This document shows positions 46,896 through 57,273 of a stretch of 64,000 nt of DNA, one piece after another. Made by a program: the position numbers and the translations under genes. Each line of letters starts with the position of its first letter. The stretch's first letter is position 1. The notes under the pieces are model-generated. The model saw nothing but the letters and a program-made list of their open reading frames with translations. It was not told where the DNA came from and ran no database searches. Origin of the DNA: Macrostomum lignano. Its lineage: Eukaryota. Where the stretch lies: contig NIVC01002324.1 in the NCBI GenBank assembly GCA_002269645.1, forward strand, positions 1 through 64,000, read 5' to 3'.

Positions 46896-47934
46896 GACCC
46901 GCAATCTGGGGCGGGGACACGTTTTTGCTTACCTGCAAAACAGAAGCCCCAAAAAACGTGCTCTCAAGACTCGATAGGGGGTTGAAATTTGAATGCTTTT
47001 GCCTCATGGTCCAAATTGCATTCAAAGAAAGAACGAAAGATGCATGCAGTAGCTGCCATTTTAATTTCAGCAACCACATATCTGATATTCATTCTCTCAC
47101 GGCCCCTTTCTCAACTCAATACTACCTAGCCTTGAGGCAGCAGTAATTAAAAGCGGCTCTTCAGTGTCAGACTCACAATAGGTGGCCTCAAGAACAGCAT
47201 AAGCAAGTCTTGGGCAGTTGAGCTTGAGAGTTGAAGCTGTTATTGTCTGGAAAACTACCGAACTCTACCTACGAGTCTTGTGAGTTCGCTCACACACTTG
47301 CAGACTTGCGTCGCATGGAAGCTTTTTCGGTCCCAGCATATTTTGGCCCATAAATTTTCTGTCAGGTTGACAGAGATCCCGGGACTTTAAAGCTGATTTG
47401 TGTCTATCTTCCAAGGGAATTTGTTCATCGTCAATTCAGCGAACCCAAAGGTTGCTTGATGGTATCGGCACGGGCTGTTCTGCCAGTCGTCCTGCACACC
47501 GCAGCGCTGTTGCTGGGGCTATTGATGTCAGTGATGCATTTGCGACAAAACACTGGCATTATTGGCATATTTAGCATAAGCAGTACCCTCAGGAGTTTGC
47601 AGCCTAAACTTATGCAGCTTTGAAAAGTCAGAGATTACTTCATGCTGCCACACCTTCACAGACTAAATATCTTGACTACAAAAGACTGTATCATCATCAG
47701 ATTCGTATTACATTCAGTGGTGTAGCAGTTTGAACAACCCACACTCGGCAGTTCAAAATTACCTTCAATGGTTCACCAAAAATTTAGCAATGGTTCACCA
47801 GCAGTTCAGCAATGGCTCACCAACAATTTGGCCACGGTTCACCAACAGTTTAGAAGCGGTTTATCAGAAGTTTAGCAATGGCTCACCAGCTATGGTTTAC
47901 CAGCACTGTTTCTCACAATCCCTGAGCAGATGGC

Positions 47935-48350
47935 CACAAATCTATGGCCATACCGGCTATGGCTACCTCACCAGACACTGCTTCCTCCGAGGCGACCTCG
48001 AAAGTGAACTTTGCCGTTTTTTGCGAGTGTGACAATGAAGATGCTCAGCACTTTGTCTGTCACTGCCCTTTCTTTACCAGAGACCGGCAACGCTACCTCG
48101 GGCCAAACCCGTCTATTGACGAGGTCTGCCAGCCCGACAGAATCTCACGGCTCATCCAGTTCCTCCGGGCGACGAGACGAGCCACTTTCTTCCCTACGGA
48201 AGATCAAAGCTGCAGGAAGGACCGGCGGACCACCCTGACCGGCCCCACGCCTCTGCCTGTCTGCGGGCCTTCGGGGGCTGGCGGAATGGGCGACCCTCGC
48301 CTCCCCGCTGTGTCTACGGACCACCATGCAGCTAAGTAAAGTAAGTCAAA
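47935..48350 (+). mobile_element. 5'-truncated non-LTR retrotransposon 3' end (I/Loa-like C-terminal CCHC knuckle)
   Basis: YGHTGYGYLTRHCFLRGDLESELCRF/CECDNEDAQHFVCHCPFFTRDRQRYLG..LIQFLRATRR, with a +1 frameshift in the T6 run at 48017-48022. Short TAAGTAAAGTAAGT tail at about 48333-48346. Confidence 0.75.
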
Positions 48351-48354
48351 GGGC

Positions 48355-48634
48355 CAGATGTACAAACGACAGCTCAGCCGCAGCTATTGCGCGGCGCATC
48401 TGAAGGCTGCGTACGGCTGTTCAGTCCAAGGACTGGGATTAATTACTAATACTGGCACCCATTTTACAGCTGGGTGAACTGAAGCAATGGAGAGTTAAGT
48501 GTCTTGCTCAAGGACACTAACAAGGAAGTTTTCCTAGTGGTTTTTGGACACTAATTGTTCCAGCTAGATCAGGAATCGAACCCCTGACCTTCAAGTCGTG
48601 ATTCCGACGCTCTAAGTACTAGGTTACAACTCCC
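48355..48634 (-). mobile_element. tRNA-derived SINE with a MIR-like CORE domain
   Basis: The - strand head has an A-box-like TAGTACTTAGAGCG and a B box GGTTCGATTCC (48572-48582). The + strand reads CCCATTTTACAGCTGGGTGAACTGAAGCAATGGAGAGTTAAGTGTCTTGCTCAAGGACAC (48458-48525), which closely resembles the MIR/CORE consensus as I recall it. The 3' boundary is approximate. Confidence 0.7.
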
Positions 48635-49234
48635 TTGCTATTGAGATACACGTCAAAAGATTCATACTCAACCCAACAGATGACATTTTAGCATTGTTAT
48701 GCATATAGTTACGTCTGTACTGGTAATATACGTTGTTTTTTATTTCAAAAAGCATTGTTAGTCGTTTCAGTCGGTCCTAAAGTAGTTGATTTATAATACA
48801 ACTTGTATTCGTCTTATAATCTCCTGAGTTATTATAGGGATACCCCTGCGTTAAATTAAGTGGGTTGGTTATGCACGAAAACGAAACTTTACTTGGCTGT
48901 AGTTTTGTTGAATTTATTTTAGTTGGTATGAGTAGGTGGTTTCTATTATCAGTTAATGAATTCAAACAATGCATAAACACTCTTTTATAGATCTGATCAA
49001 TATTCACCAGCCATCTGAGAGTCTGCATGGACGAAGCAAATAATTAAACCTGGCCGAAAAAGGAAGACCTTGAGAGATGCTGAGCACTGGGGGGTCTTTC
49101 TCGAAAGCAACTTACGATCGACCATAGACGTAAGTTGGGTAAGCTACACTTACGGGTTGCTCGAAGGGCTCGCAAGTTAGCTATGCGTAAGATTGATCGC
49201 AACTTTACGAGTTCGTAACTTTGTGCAAAAGACT

Positions 49235-49603
49235 CATGGATGAATGAATAGAATGGATTGCTATTCTGGCTCTGGCTATTTTCGTTTTTGACTCTTTTGC
49301 ATCCGGTTCCCCCCGTGCCTTTTCATTGGTTGATGATTGCCATAGACAATTTTCGGCCTTCGCCCCTTTCTTTCCTTTTTATTGTAGACGAATCGACTCT
49401 CGAATCGTGCTTGTAGGTCTTCCCCCTTTATTTCAAAACACGAGCGAAAGCGCTTGTGCATCGAAAGAAAGGGGCGAAGGCCGAAAATTGTCTATGGCAA
49501 TCATCAACCAATGAAAAGGCACGGGGGGGAACCGGATGCAAAAGAGTCAAAAACGAAAATAGCCAGAGCCAGAATAGCAATCCATTCTATTCATTCATCC
49601 ATG
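49235..49603. mobile_element. Foldback MITE with about 140-bp TIRs (CATGGATG...) and 8-bp TSD AAAAGACT; P-superfamily-like
   Basis: 49235-49374 is the reverse complement of 49463-49603, apart from one homopolymer length difference. TSD at 49227-49234 and 49604-49611. Confidence 0.9.
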
Positions 49604-49786
49604 AAAAGACTGTTTCTCGAAACGTTCGTATGTCTATGGTCTTTCGTAAGGTTGATCTTAACCCTACGACTGCTCGGTATCAGTCGTAAGACGCACTAAT
49701 CGCATAGTACGTGAAGCTTTAGTCAAGCCAAGTCAAGTTAAACTTTATCGAAGGTGGGTCTTTCTCGAAAGCAACTTACGATAGAC

Positions 49787-49827
49787 CAAGGAGTTCTATA
49801 ATTAGCAACTAATTATAGAACTCCTTG
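49787..49827. mobile_element. 41-bp perfect palindromic mini-element with 7-bp TSD GATAGAC
   Basis: CAAGGAGTTCTATAATTAG-CAA-CTAATTATAGAACTCCTTG; TSD at 49780-49786 and 49828-49834. Confidence 0.8.
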
Positions 49828-52800
49828 GATAGACTAAGTAAAGATATTTGCAGATTTATGACCATAGACATGCAACTTTTCGTTTCAGATACGACTTACG
49901 AACAGCGTAAGCCACGCAAAGTCTAAGTGAGTTTTGAGAAAGCGTCTTACGAGCAAACTTACTGTGACGTTGTCAGTTTAAGGTGGTCCCGAAAAGGGCC
50001 GTTGGACTGCTGGTTTTCCATAGTCATTCAACCCTTCAGTTTCACCGCTTCAACTAAACTTTTCCATTCGTTTATTGCGACGTTTACTTGTAGTAGTGCC
50101 CAACGATTTTGTGGCAATTTATAATTCATTGTATATTTTGCTATCCTCTCTCGCCACCGTATAAAATTGGCACGATCGATAATTTTAAGTTCTCTCGCCA
50201 GCCAATGAAATCACTCGTGTTCGCGCTACCCCCTCTGCGCTCTTTTATTAAACCCCCCCGCCTGGCGGCGGGCACTCCACGCGCCCCTTGCTCTCTCTCG
50301 CTCCTCTCTCTCCGCTTGCTCCTTGTTTCCTTCCCTGCGGCCTCTTAGCTGTCTTATCTGTTTGTCTGGCTGCCTCGAGCCTCCTTATTTCTCACCACGG
50401 CCCTTCTGTCTGGGCCAGCCTGCTCACACACTTACTTGACTGTTTCACGCCACGACCGACGCCAACTCACCACTACGTTTCACTGCATTCACTGTGATCA
50501 TAGCCACTGCTCACGTCACGTCGCCATTGTGTCATTCGCCTGCCACTTGACTTCATATCCAAATTATATTCAACCCATTGCTGCAGCCGCCAGTGCCCAG
50601 AAAGCTATAGTCTGTTTATTGCCAGTAACAACCAAACTTAATACTGATATTAACAATAAAGACAACTACGGCAGTTCCTGCCTTTATCGCCAAGTGCTCC
50701 GCTACAAAATCCGCTTTACAAGAATTGACTTCAACTTATTTTGGGACTAAAACGGCCCTTTTAAGGGTCACCGCATAGCTGGCCGCTACGCCAATAACGT
50801 GACACTTACGCTACACGCAAATTTCTTTCTTACGATCTAACTTACCATAGAACTTACGTGAGTTTCGAGAAACACCCCCTGTTTGATAATATTGAAAAAT
50901 ATTACTTTCGAACTTTCAAACTGGATGAACCGTTTTGCGTGAACACAGTTGTCTATGGTATGATCTAAATTTAGCTCCCATTAAGAAAGCATTTGTGGAC
51001 GAAAGGTTTTGCAGTTTGGACGAATTCAATCGCAAAAAAGTATATTAGGCGCTCTGTATTGTGAGTTTGAAGTGGTCGGGCCGAGGGCCAGGGTCACAAG
51101 CTGCTTGGCATTGAAACTGTAACTTGTCTGGAAAATTACTGGAATTTTTTATTCTTTTTAGACGCACGCAGGTCTCTCTTTCTATTGTTTTCACTGCATT
51201 TTTTTCTAAGCCTCATACCAAGAAAACGACCCTGCCTGTCCGTCTTAAACTCAAGTTTAGATTGCATTGGCATGCTCTTCTATACATAGTTTCATTGTGC
51301 TAAAGGAGGGATCGGAAAAAATTGTTACCTTAAGAGCCAAACAACCTAGCGCATGCCTTGCGAGCAAAGGAAGGGAGAGGAGAGGTAATTGAAGATAGAA
51401 GAAACGTAGGAGAAAGAAGAGGTGAGGGAATGCAGGAGAATAAAGGAGACGAGGGGAGAGGAGGGATGAAATAGGAAAGGAGAGAGGGAGAGGTAGAGGA
51501 GAGAGGGGGGAGAAGAGAGAAGAGAGGAGAAGAGAGAAGAAGAAGGAGGATAAGAGAGAGAGGAGACAAGGCAGAGAGCTGAGAAGAGAGACATGTGGCT
51601 CTCGGGCTGAAGTTTGCCGACGCCTGCGCTACGTTTCAGCCCTCTGCATCCTATCTAACGAGTGTCCCAAAAGAGGGTAATGCTGTCTGCGTTAACTGCG
51701 AGCGAGCAGTTTTGCGTATACCGCTGTAAATTGACAGTTTTACACTGAATATGTGCAATTGTTTTACTCCAACGATTTTGTGCCGAAAAAAATATCCAGT
51801 TTGTGCCAATCGTTGCCTTAGAGCAGTCATAGGTAACTTTTGAATGCTACAAAAAGTACTTTATTTTTAAGAAAACGAAAAGACGAACAGTGAAACTGAA
51901 AATGAACATAAAACAGCAATTCCGAGGCTACATGCACATGTCACGTACATGCATGATACTTGTTAAAAACTCCGCGACATGTCACTAAGCTATACGTGCC
52001 TCAGATGATGCTCATAGATTCCAATGCACTCTCGTCCTGTCGAAACCAACCAAAAGCTCCCACAGCGGCTGAGTCATAGATCTTATATTCCCTAGATAGG
52101 CCATTTTGTATTGTGGCAATAGGAAATGCGACCGTTGTCACTGGTGCGAAAAAGCTGACATGGGTTGCTTAAATTTTTAGTTCAGTAGCTTAGGGACACA
52201 GACACTATTTTTTGAGAAGTTGATAGAACTTCTTATTAAGTAAGAGTAGATATGTATAAGATATTCTATCGGTTTGAGGTCGGTATGAGATTAAATCCCG
52301 AGAGTTGCAACTGGCATATATTTTCTCCAAAACTGGATGAAAATGTCATTCTGCACCATTTTCCAAAGTTTGATACCGCCTCTCAGTATTGGATCGACGC
52401 ATTGAGATCAGAGGCTATAACCTCGGACGTCGTCAGGCAACACAAACTGCAGCTATGAAGCCTACAATTTGAAAGACGCCTACCCCCAATTTTGACGTCA
52501 ATTTGCGGTTGCGTTGACGTAGCAAAAATTACCTAACTGACTAACGATTTCGTTGGTAAATTTGTTTTTGCCACAGAAGCGTGGGGCACCGTTTTGCTTG
52601 CGGCAACGCCCCATTTAGTTGCTGCACGCTTTTTTTGTAAAAAAACAACGAAATCGTTTGGCAATGCAACTCAAGCCTCACTGCAGAATTTTAGTGATGA
52701 AGCGTTTCTATTTACTGTTCCAATGTGGCTCAGAGCGGTTCGTGGAAAAACACTGGTTTTTTCCTTTTCTGCCATGCAGGCACAAGAGATGGTTATAGAG

Positions 52801-53134
52801 CGGAGAGGGGTTGGGTGACTGGCTTGTTATATTGTTTGATATGAATATTTCGTGGCATTGGACTGATGGTCCGAACTTGAGATAGACGAACTTGCTTTCA
52901 AGTTATTAAATTTTACAGTTTTTTTACTTACTACGATCTTGTGTTTTACCCACTTTATAAGTCATAGTCATAATCAATCAAAGCGACCGATAAATATCCA
53001 GTATGTTTTATGAGCTACCAAAGTATGCTCGCATGCTAGAACTATGATTCTTTCAATCTAAAAATCATTATATACTAAATCTCTATATTTACTAAAGTCT
53101 TAATGTTTTTTTAATGCAAAATAGGCATGTAAAT

Positions 53135-53508
53135 CAATCTATGAAACAACCATGGAATCTATCGAATCAATCTATGGAACAATCATGGAATCTATCGAAT
53201 CAATCTATGGAACAATCATGGAATCTATCGAATCAATCTATAGAACAATCATGGAATCTATTGAATCAATCTATAGAACAATCATGGAATCTATCGAATC
53301 AATCTATGGAACAATCATGGAATCTATCGAATCAATCTATAGAACAATCATGGAATCTATTGAATCAATCTATGGAACAATCATGGAATCTATCGAATCA
53401 ATCTATGGAACAATCATGGAATCTATCGAATCAATCTATGGAACAATCATGGAATCTATCGAATCAATCTATGGAACAATCATGGAATCTATTGAATCAA
53501 TCTATGGA
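53135..53508. repeat. 33-nt minisatellite (AATCAATCTATGGAACAATCATGGAATCTATCG), about 11 copies
   Basis: Direct inspection. Confidence 0.95.
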
Positions 53509-53673
53509 AAAACGAGGCTTGCCCGCCCGTCACCAAAAGATTAGTCTCCTCCATTTCAGACTTACTTAGCTTGCTCTGCTTCAAACAATTTGGATGGTTA
53601 TTTGTTCCATTTTAAACCCACAAACGACAAAAGCAAGAACGACTGCCAGACACTTTCGGTAGCTAATATTCAA

Positions 53674-53882
53674 CTAGAACTGCGAGCGCCGGCGGAAGTA
53701 GCGATGCTTGCGGAACCGGAACCGAATCCGGAACTTCTCTTGCAGATCCGTGTTCTCGTCGGACTCGGCCAACTCGGACTCGGCCAGGTCGGGCTCGGCC
53801 GCGTCCGGCTCGGCCAGGTCGGCCAGGGTGTTGGACAACTTTTCGAGGTCTTCAGACAGCCCCAAAAGACGTGCCCTCGACC
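53674..53882 (-). pseudogene. Cationic peptide paralog C, pseudogene lacking promoter and signal peptide
   Basis: EDLEKLSNTLADLAEPDAAEPDLAESELAESDENTDLQEK|FRIRFRFRKHRYFRRRSQF* aligns to gene B. At 53853/53854 it joins directly to sequence homologous to the region upstream of the gene B TATA box (AGACAGCCCCAAAAGACGTG vs AGAAGCCCCAAAAAACGTG at 46942-46960). Confidence 0.85.
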
Positions 53883-53989
53883 TAGTTTCGGGAATTTCGG
53901 GTTAATGAAAAACCGGTTTCTCAACTTAATGGATTTACAATTAGAGTCAAGGTAAGGTACATCGTTTGAGGAAAGCCAAGAAAACGAAA

Positions 53990-54347
53990 GCAAACACGAA
54001 CATTCACATTTTTTCTTTAATAATACAAAATTACAATTTATTAATCTTCGCGCGACATGTTTCGCCGAATAATCGGCATCTTCAGGCAAAATATCGATGC
54101 AGAGAGATGGTAAATTTTTAAGTCTAGTAATCCAAAATGATGCAAGTATGGGTAACAGAGTTAGATGGCCCTAAATAAGAGGCAAGCGCATGGGGTCAGA
54201 ACACCCTTAGATGGACACTCGCCCCTCTACCACCAAGTTGGATGTTCATGGTGGGCTTTAGCTTGTTTAATGTACAATGCCTCAAGAGTAGACAACTTCA
54301 TACTCTGGCGGTTACGATCGATAATTTTAATCGATAATTTACGATCG
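53990..54347 (-). mobile_element. Penelope-like retroelement 3' fragment (GIY-YIG end plus pLTR)
   Basis: KIIDRNRQSMKLSTLEALYIKQAKA matches the C-terminal L..LEALYI...KP motif of Penelope GIY-YIG endonucleases. It is followed by the typical CTGAAGATG..CGAAACATGTC pLTR motif and an AT-rich tail. Boundaries are approximate. Confidence 0.7.
54046..54092 (-). ncRNA. Minimal type I hammerhead ribozyme (Penelope-type)
   Basis: The - strand reads UUUUGC-CUGAAGA-U-GCCGA-UUAU-UCGGC-GAAA-CAUGUC-GCGCGAA: core boxes, a 5-bp stem II, a palindromic ACAUGU stem III and a GUC cleavage triplet (54056-54054). Confidence 0.65.
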
Positions 54348-55498
54348 ACTTGTCTAAAAATTACTGGAGTCTTTTTATTGTTTTCGGCCGCACACAAGTC
54401 TGTCTTTTTATTGTTTTCGTTGCTTTTTATTTTTTTAAGCTTCATGCCAAAAAAGACCCTGCCGACTGCAACTCAAGTTTAGATTGCATCTGGCAGACAC
54501 TTCTACGCATATTCTAATTGCGCCTTGTGCCTTTCGTATTCGAATGTGCCATTGGCATGTAGAGCGTGATTACGTAGCAGAGGTGGAGAATTGAACTGTT
54601 GTTGAATTTCGGTTCAAATGTGACCAACTAACTGTCTTAGCTGTTAAGAGCTCCGAGACTTGCTCAATAAATGATTCATCGCAAATGCTTTAAGCAGCAG
54701 TTACTCTTTCCTTTTTTTCGAATCTCAAACTCAAAATGTCCTAATCAAAGTGAAAGCCTCTACACCTTTTTCAATTTACGAGTATTTTGGTAAGTGTGCA
54801 GTAAATATTGAAATACTCTCATTCAATTCACACGGTTAATGGTAGCCTTTGGTGTAATGTGCATCCACCTAACGCGTCTTCGTTCGATTACTCAAATATA
54901 GTATTTGATAACGCAGACGCTTTAAATAAAGCCCGAGCAACAGATGATCGCCCCACTTCATTAACTTGAATTTAGATTTTACAGAAAAGCGTTTTTCCTA
55001 TAAATATTTACTGCTTACTTAGGCAAAAAGATGACGCAGAGTCTTTTTAGAACTCATTTTAGAAACTAAAAACTAACGCTTACTCGTAACACACTACTCA
55101 AAGTAGGAGTAGAGCATGCCAGCAATTGACTTAAACTCTTTAAGAGTGTCTTTGAAAGAAAAGTTTTTATCAGTCTTCTAACAGAATAGCAAGATACTCG
55201 TACGTTCGTATTTAATAGTAGTGTTTAGGCTTGAATTCAGTAATTTGGTCACTTAAAATATAGTCAGATAAATTCGAGTTCATATAGCGCACTTGGTTTT
55301 AACATACATTTTTTAACATGGAGTTTGTATATCAGTAAGTCCGAAAACAAATGAAAAGTGAATCAGCTTTCATTAAATAACACCTTAGTGACACTCGATG
55401 ACCTGCTTTTAGTCCGAAAAAAATTAATCAAGTGGGTCATAGAAACTAATAAGGTAGGCTCTACTTTAAAAAATCCAACGATACTTGGATTCAAACTT

Positions 55499-55680
55499 CC
55501 AGGGCGAACTGCCACTTCATAGCTGCTGCTGCTGCGGTTGCTTTTGAAATCAAAGACGACAGCAAAATCGGTTCGCAGATTTTGCTCAACTTGGGGCCTG
55601 CTGGGCGCTCTCGGCCGGTCATGGTGACGGTCACGTTTTCGTTGTATTGCTGTCATCTGGACCGATGCACGTGTCCTGCA
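55499..55680 (-). pseudogene. Cationic peptide paralog D remnant (5' UTR, upstream motifs and first 7 codons only; TATA box lost)
   Basis: ATGAAGTGGCAGTTCGCCCTG (MKWQFAL, ATG 55520) then EV*. 55521-55675 aligns with 57592-57760 of gene E, except that the TATA-containing segment is replaced. Confidence 0.8.
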
Positions 55681-55984
55681 GCGTAATAATAAATGAATTC
55701 GGGGCTTTATTCATGCTATGTTAACATCTGAGGTGCTTGGAGCCAAGTAGAGGAATATGGTAATGGTTTGACTCGCTGTACTGCGGCACCGTGTCTTAAC
55801 TTCAGTTTAATAGAACGTGTCCTTTTTTCTACTTCGTAGTCAAATTGATCGGGGCATATTTTGTATGCAGGGCGCACGACCGTTTGCAGCTGCTGTCGGA
55901 GTGCAATTGATTTAAAATGCGCTTTCAAATGCTTCTATAATATAAAGAAAAAAAGTTAATTAAAACTTTGTTGAATTCATTGAG

Positions 55985-55988
55985 TAAC

Positions 55989-56076
<88 letters not shown>

Positions 56077-56089
56077 ATAGTAGTAGTAA

Positions 56090-56145
<56 letters not shown>

Positions 56146-56146
56146 A

Positions 56147-56190
<44 letters not shown>

Positions 56191-56191
56191 A

Positions 56192-56228
<37 letters not shown>

Positions 56229-56229
56229 C

Positions 56230-56296
<67 letters not shown>

Positions 56297-56306
56297 AGTA
56301 GTAGTA
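55985..56306. repeat. (AGT)n microsatellite
   Basis: Direct inspection. Confidence 0.95.
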
Positions 56307-57232
56307 GCGGAATTGTGGAAGGGTAAAAGGTTAATTAAGCGCTCTGTGTAGAAACATAAAATTCAGACTGATGAAAAAATCACGGTGCTTAGATTTATTT
56401 TAAGATTCCTTCTCATTTAATTTACTGCCGTTACTAGTGCGAGTATGGAATGAAAAAGTTGGCAATAAAGTTTGTTAATCTGAGACAGACTCGTGACTCA
56501 TAAATAGGTGCTAAGCAAATATTCGTAATAATAGTAGTAGAAGTTGTAGAAAGATGAGCTGCTTATTAGAATATTATACGACTCAAGCACTGCTTGGACC
56601 CACCCAACTCGCGTTGGAGGCCTCGGCTGCCAATTGTGCTCAATTTGCGCGTGAGAATGTAAAGCAGTCTCTCAAACTCATGCAATGAATCTGGGTAGCA
56701 GTTTTAACAATGAATCTCTGCACTTGGCAGACTGGTCCGGCTCCACTTAGACGTCGAACTCAGACGTCGAACTCAGACGGACGAGCGCAGACGAAAAAAA
56801 CTAGCAGAGATGTATTCCTCCGCTTACTCAGTTTAAATATTGCTCGTATGACAATAGCTTCATTTTCTTCGTACCTAGATCTAGGTATTTTCCATTACAG
56901 TCGCATTTGTTCGTCTTAAAGAATCGAGTATTTTTTTCACCACAATGTGGCGTGAAATTTAGGCATAGATGGCAACCATTTTGATGGTTCAAAGCGAGCT
57001 AAAGCTTTGCCTAGTCGGGTATTGTTTATTTCGCGCTTCTTTCTCATCTTTCGAAGATATAATTCATTCAATCAGGTCCTTTTCTAACAAGCAAGTAAGA
57101 TTTGAAACGAGGAAAACACTAAACTAAAGTATTCATCAAGCAAGTATCGAGAGAAGAGAAAAAATTTGTATGTTCTACTGAAGTTCTTATTACAGAGCGA
57201 ATTTCCGAACTACTGGGTGTATTAAAAGTGGT

Positions 57233-57238
57233 TTTATT
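57233..57238 (-). promoter_or_regulatory. Polyadenylation signal AATAAA of peptide gene E
   Basis: TTTATT on the + strand, about 36 nt past the stop codon. Confidence 0.6.
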
Positions 57239-57273
57239 TATGTCCAAAATGTTTTTCTCGCACGGGTTTTCGA

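Larger units (their letters stand above)
49090..50878. mobile_element. PIF/Harbinger-like non-autonomous element with nested insertions
   Basis: TIRs GGGGTCTTTCTCGAAA (49091-49106) / TTTCGAGAAACACCCC (50863-50878) match 15/16. CTG flanks both sides (CWG-type TSD). Many subterminal CTTACG/CGTAAG motifs. A second left-end copy sits at about 49757. Confidence 0.65.

Noticed and set aside
46803-46904. N-terminal extension of gene B in the ORF track (and 57592-57624 for gene E)
   Set aside because: The alternative start codons precede the conserved MKWQ start, and for B lie upstream of the TATA box.
48570-48634. tRNA gene
   Set aside because: A and B boxes are present but no clean cloverleaf, and it is contiguous with a CORE domain, so it is a SINE head.
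53114-53569. EQSWNLSNQSM / MESIESIYGTI repeat ORFs
   Set aside because: A 33-nt minisatellite open in several frames.
53854-55499. Idea that C and D are exons of one spliced gene
   Set aside because: No convincing donor/acceptor pair, about 22 codons would be missing, and the spacer is flank-derived plus Penelope DNA.
55340-55500. Plus-frame LVTLDDLLLV resembling a reverse-transcriptase YxDD motif
   Set aside because: Too short and degenerate to support a retroelement call.
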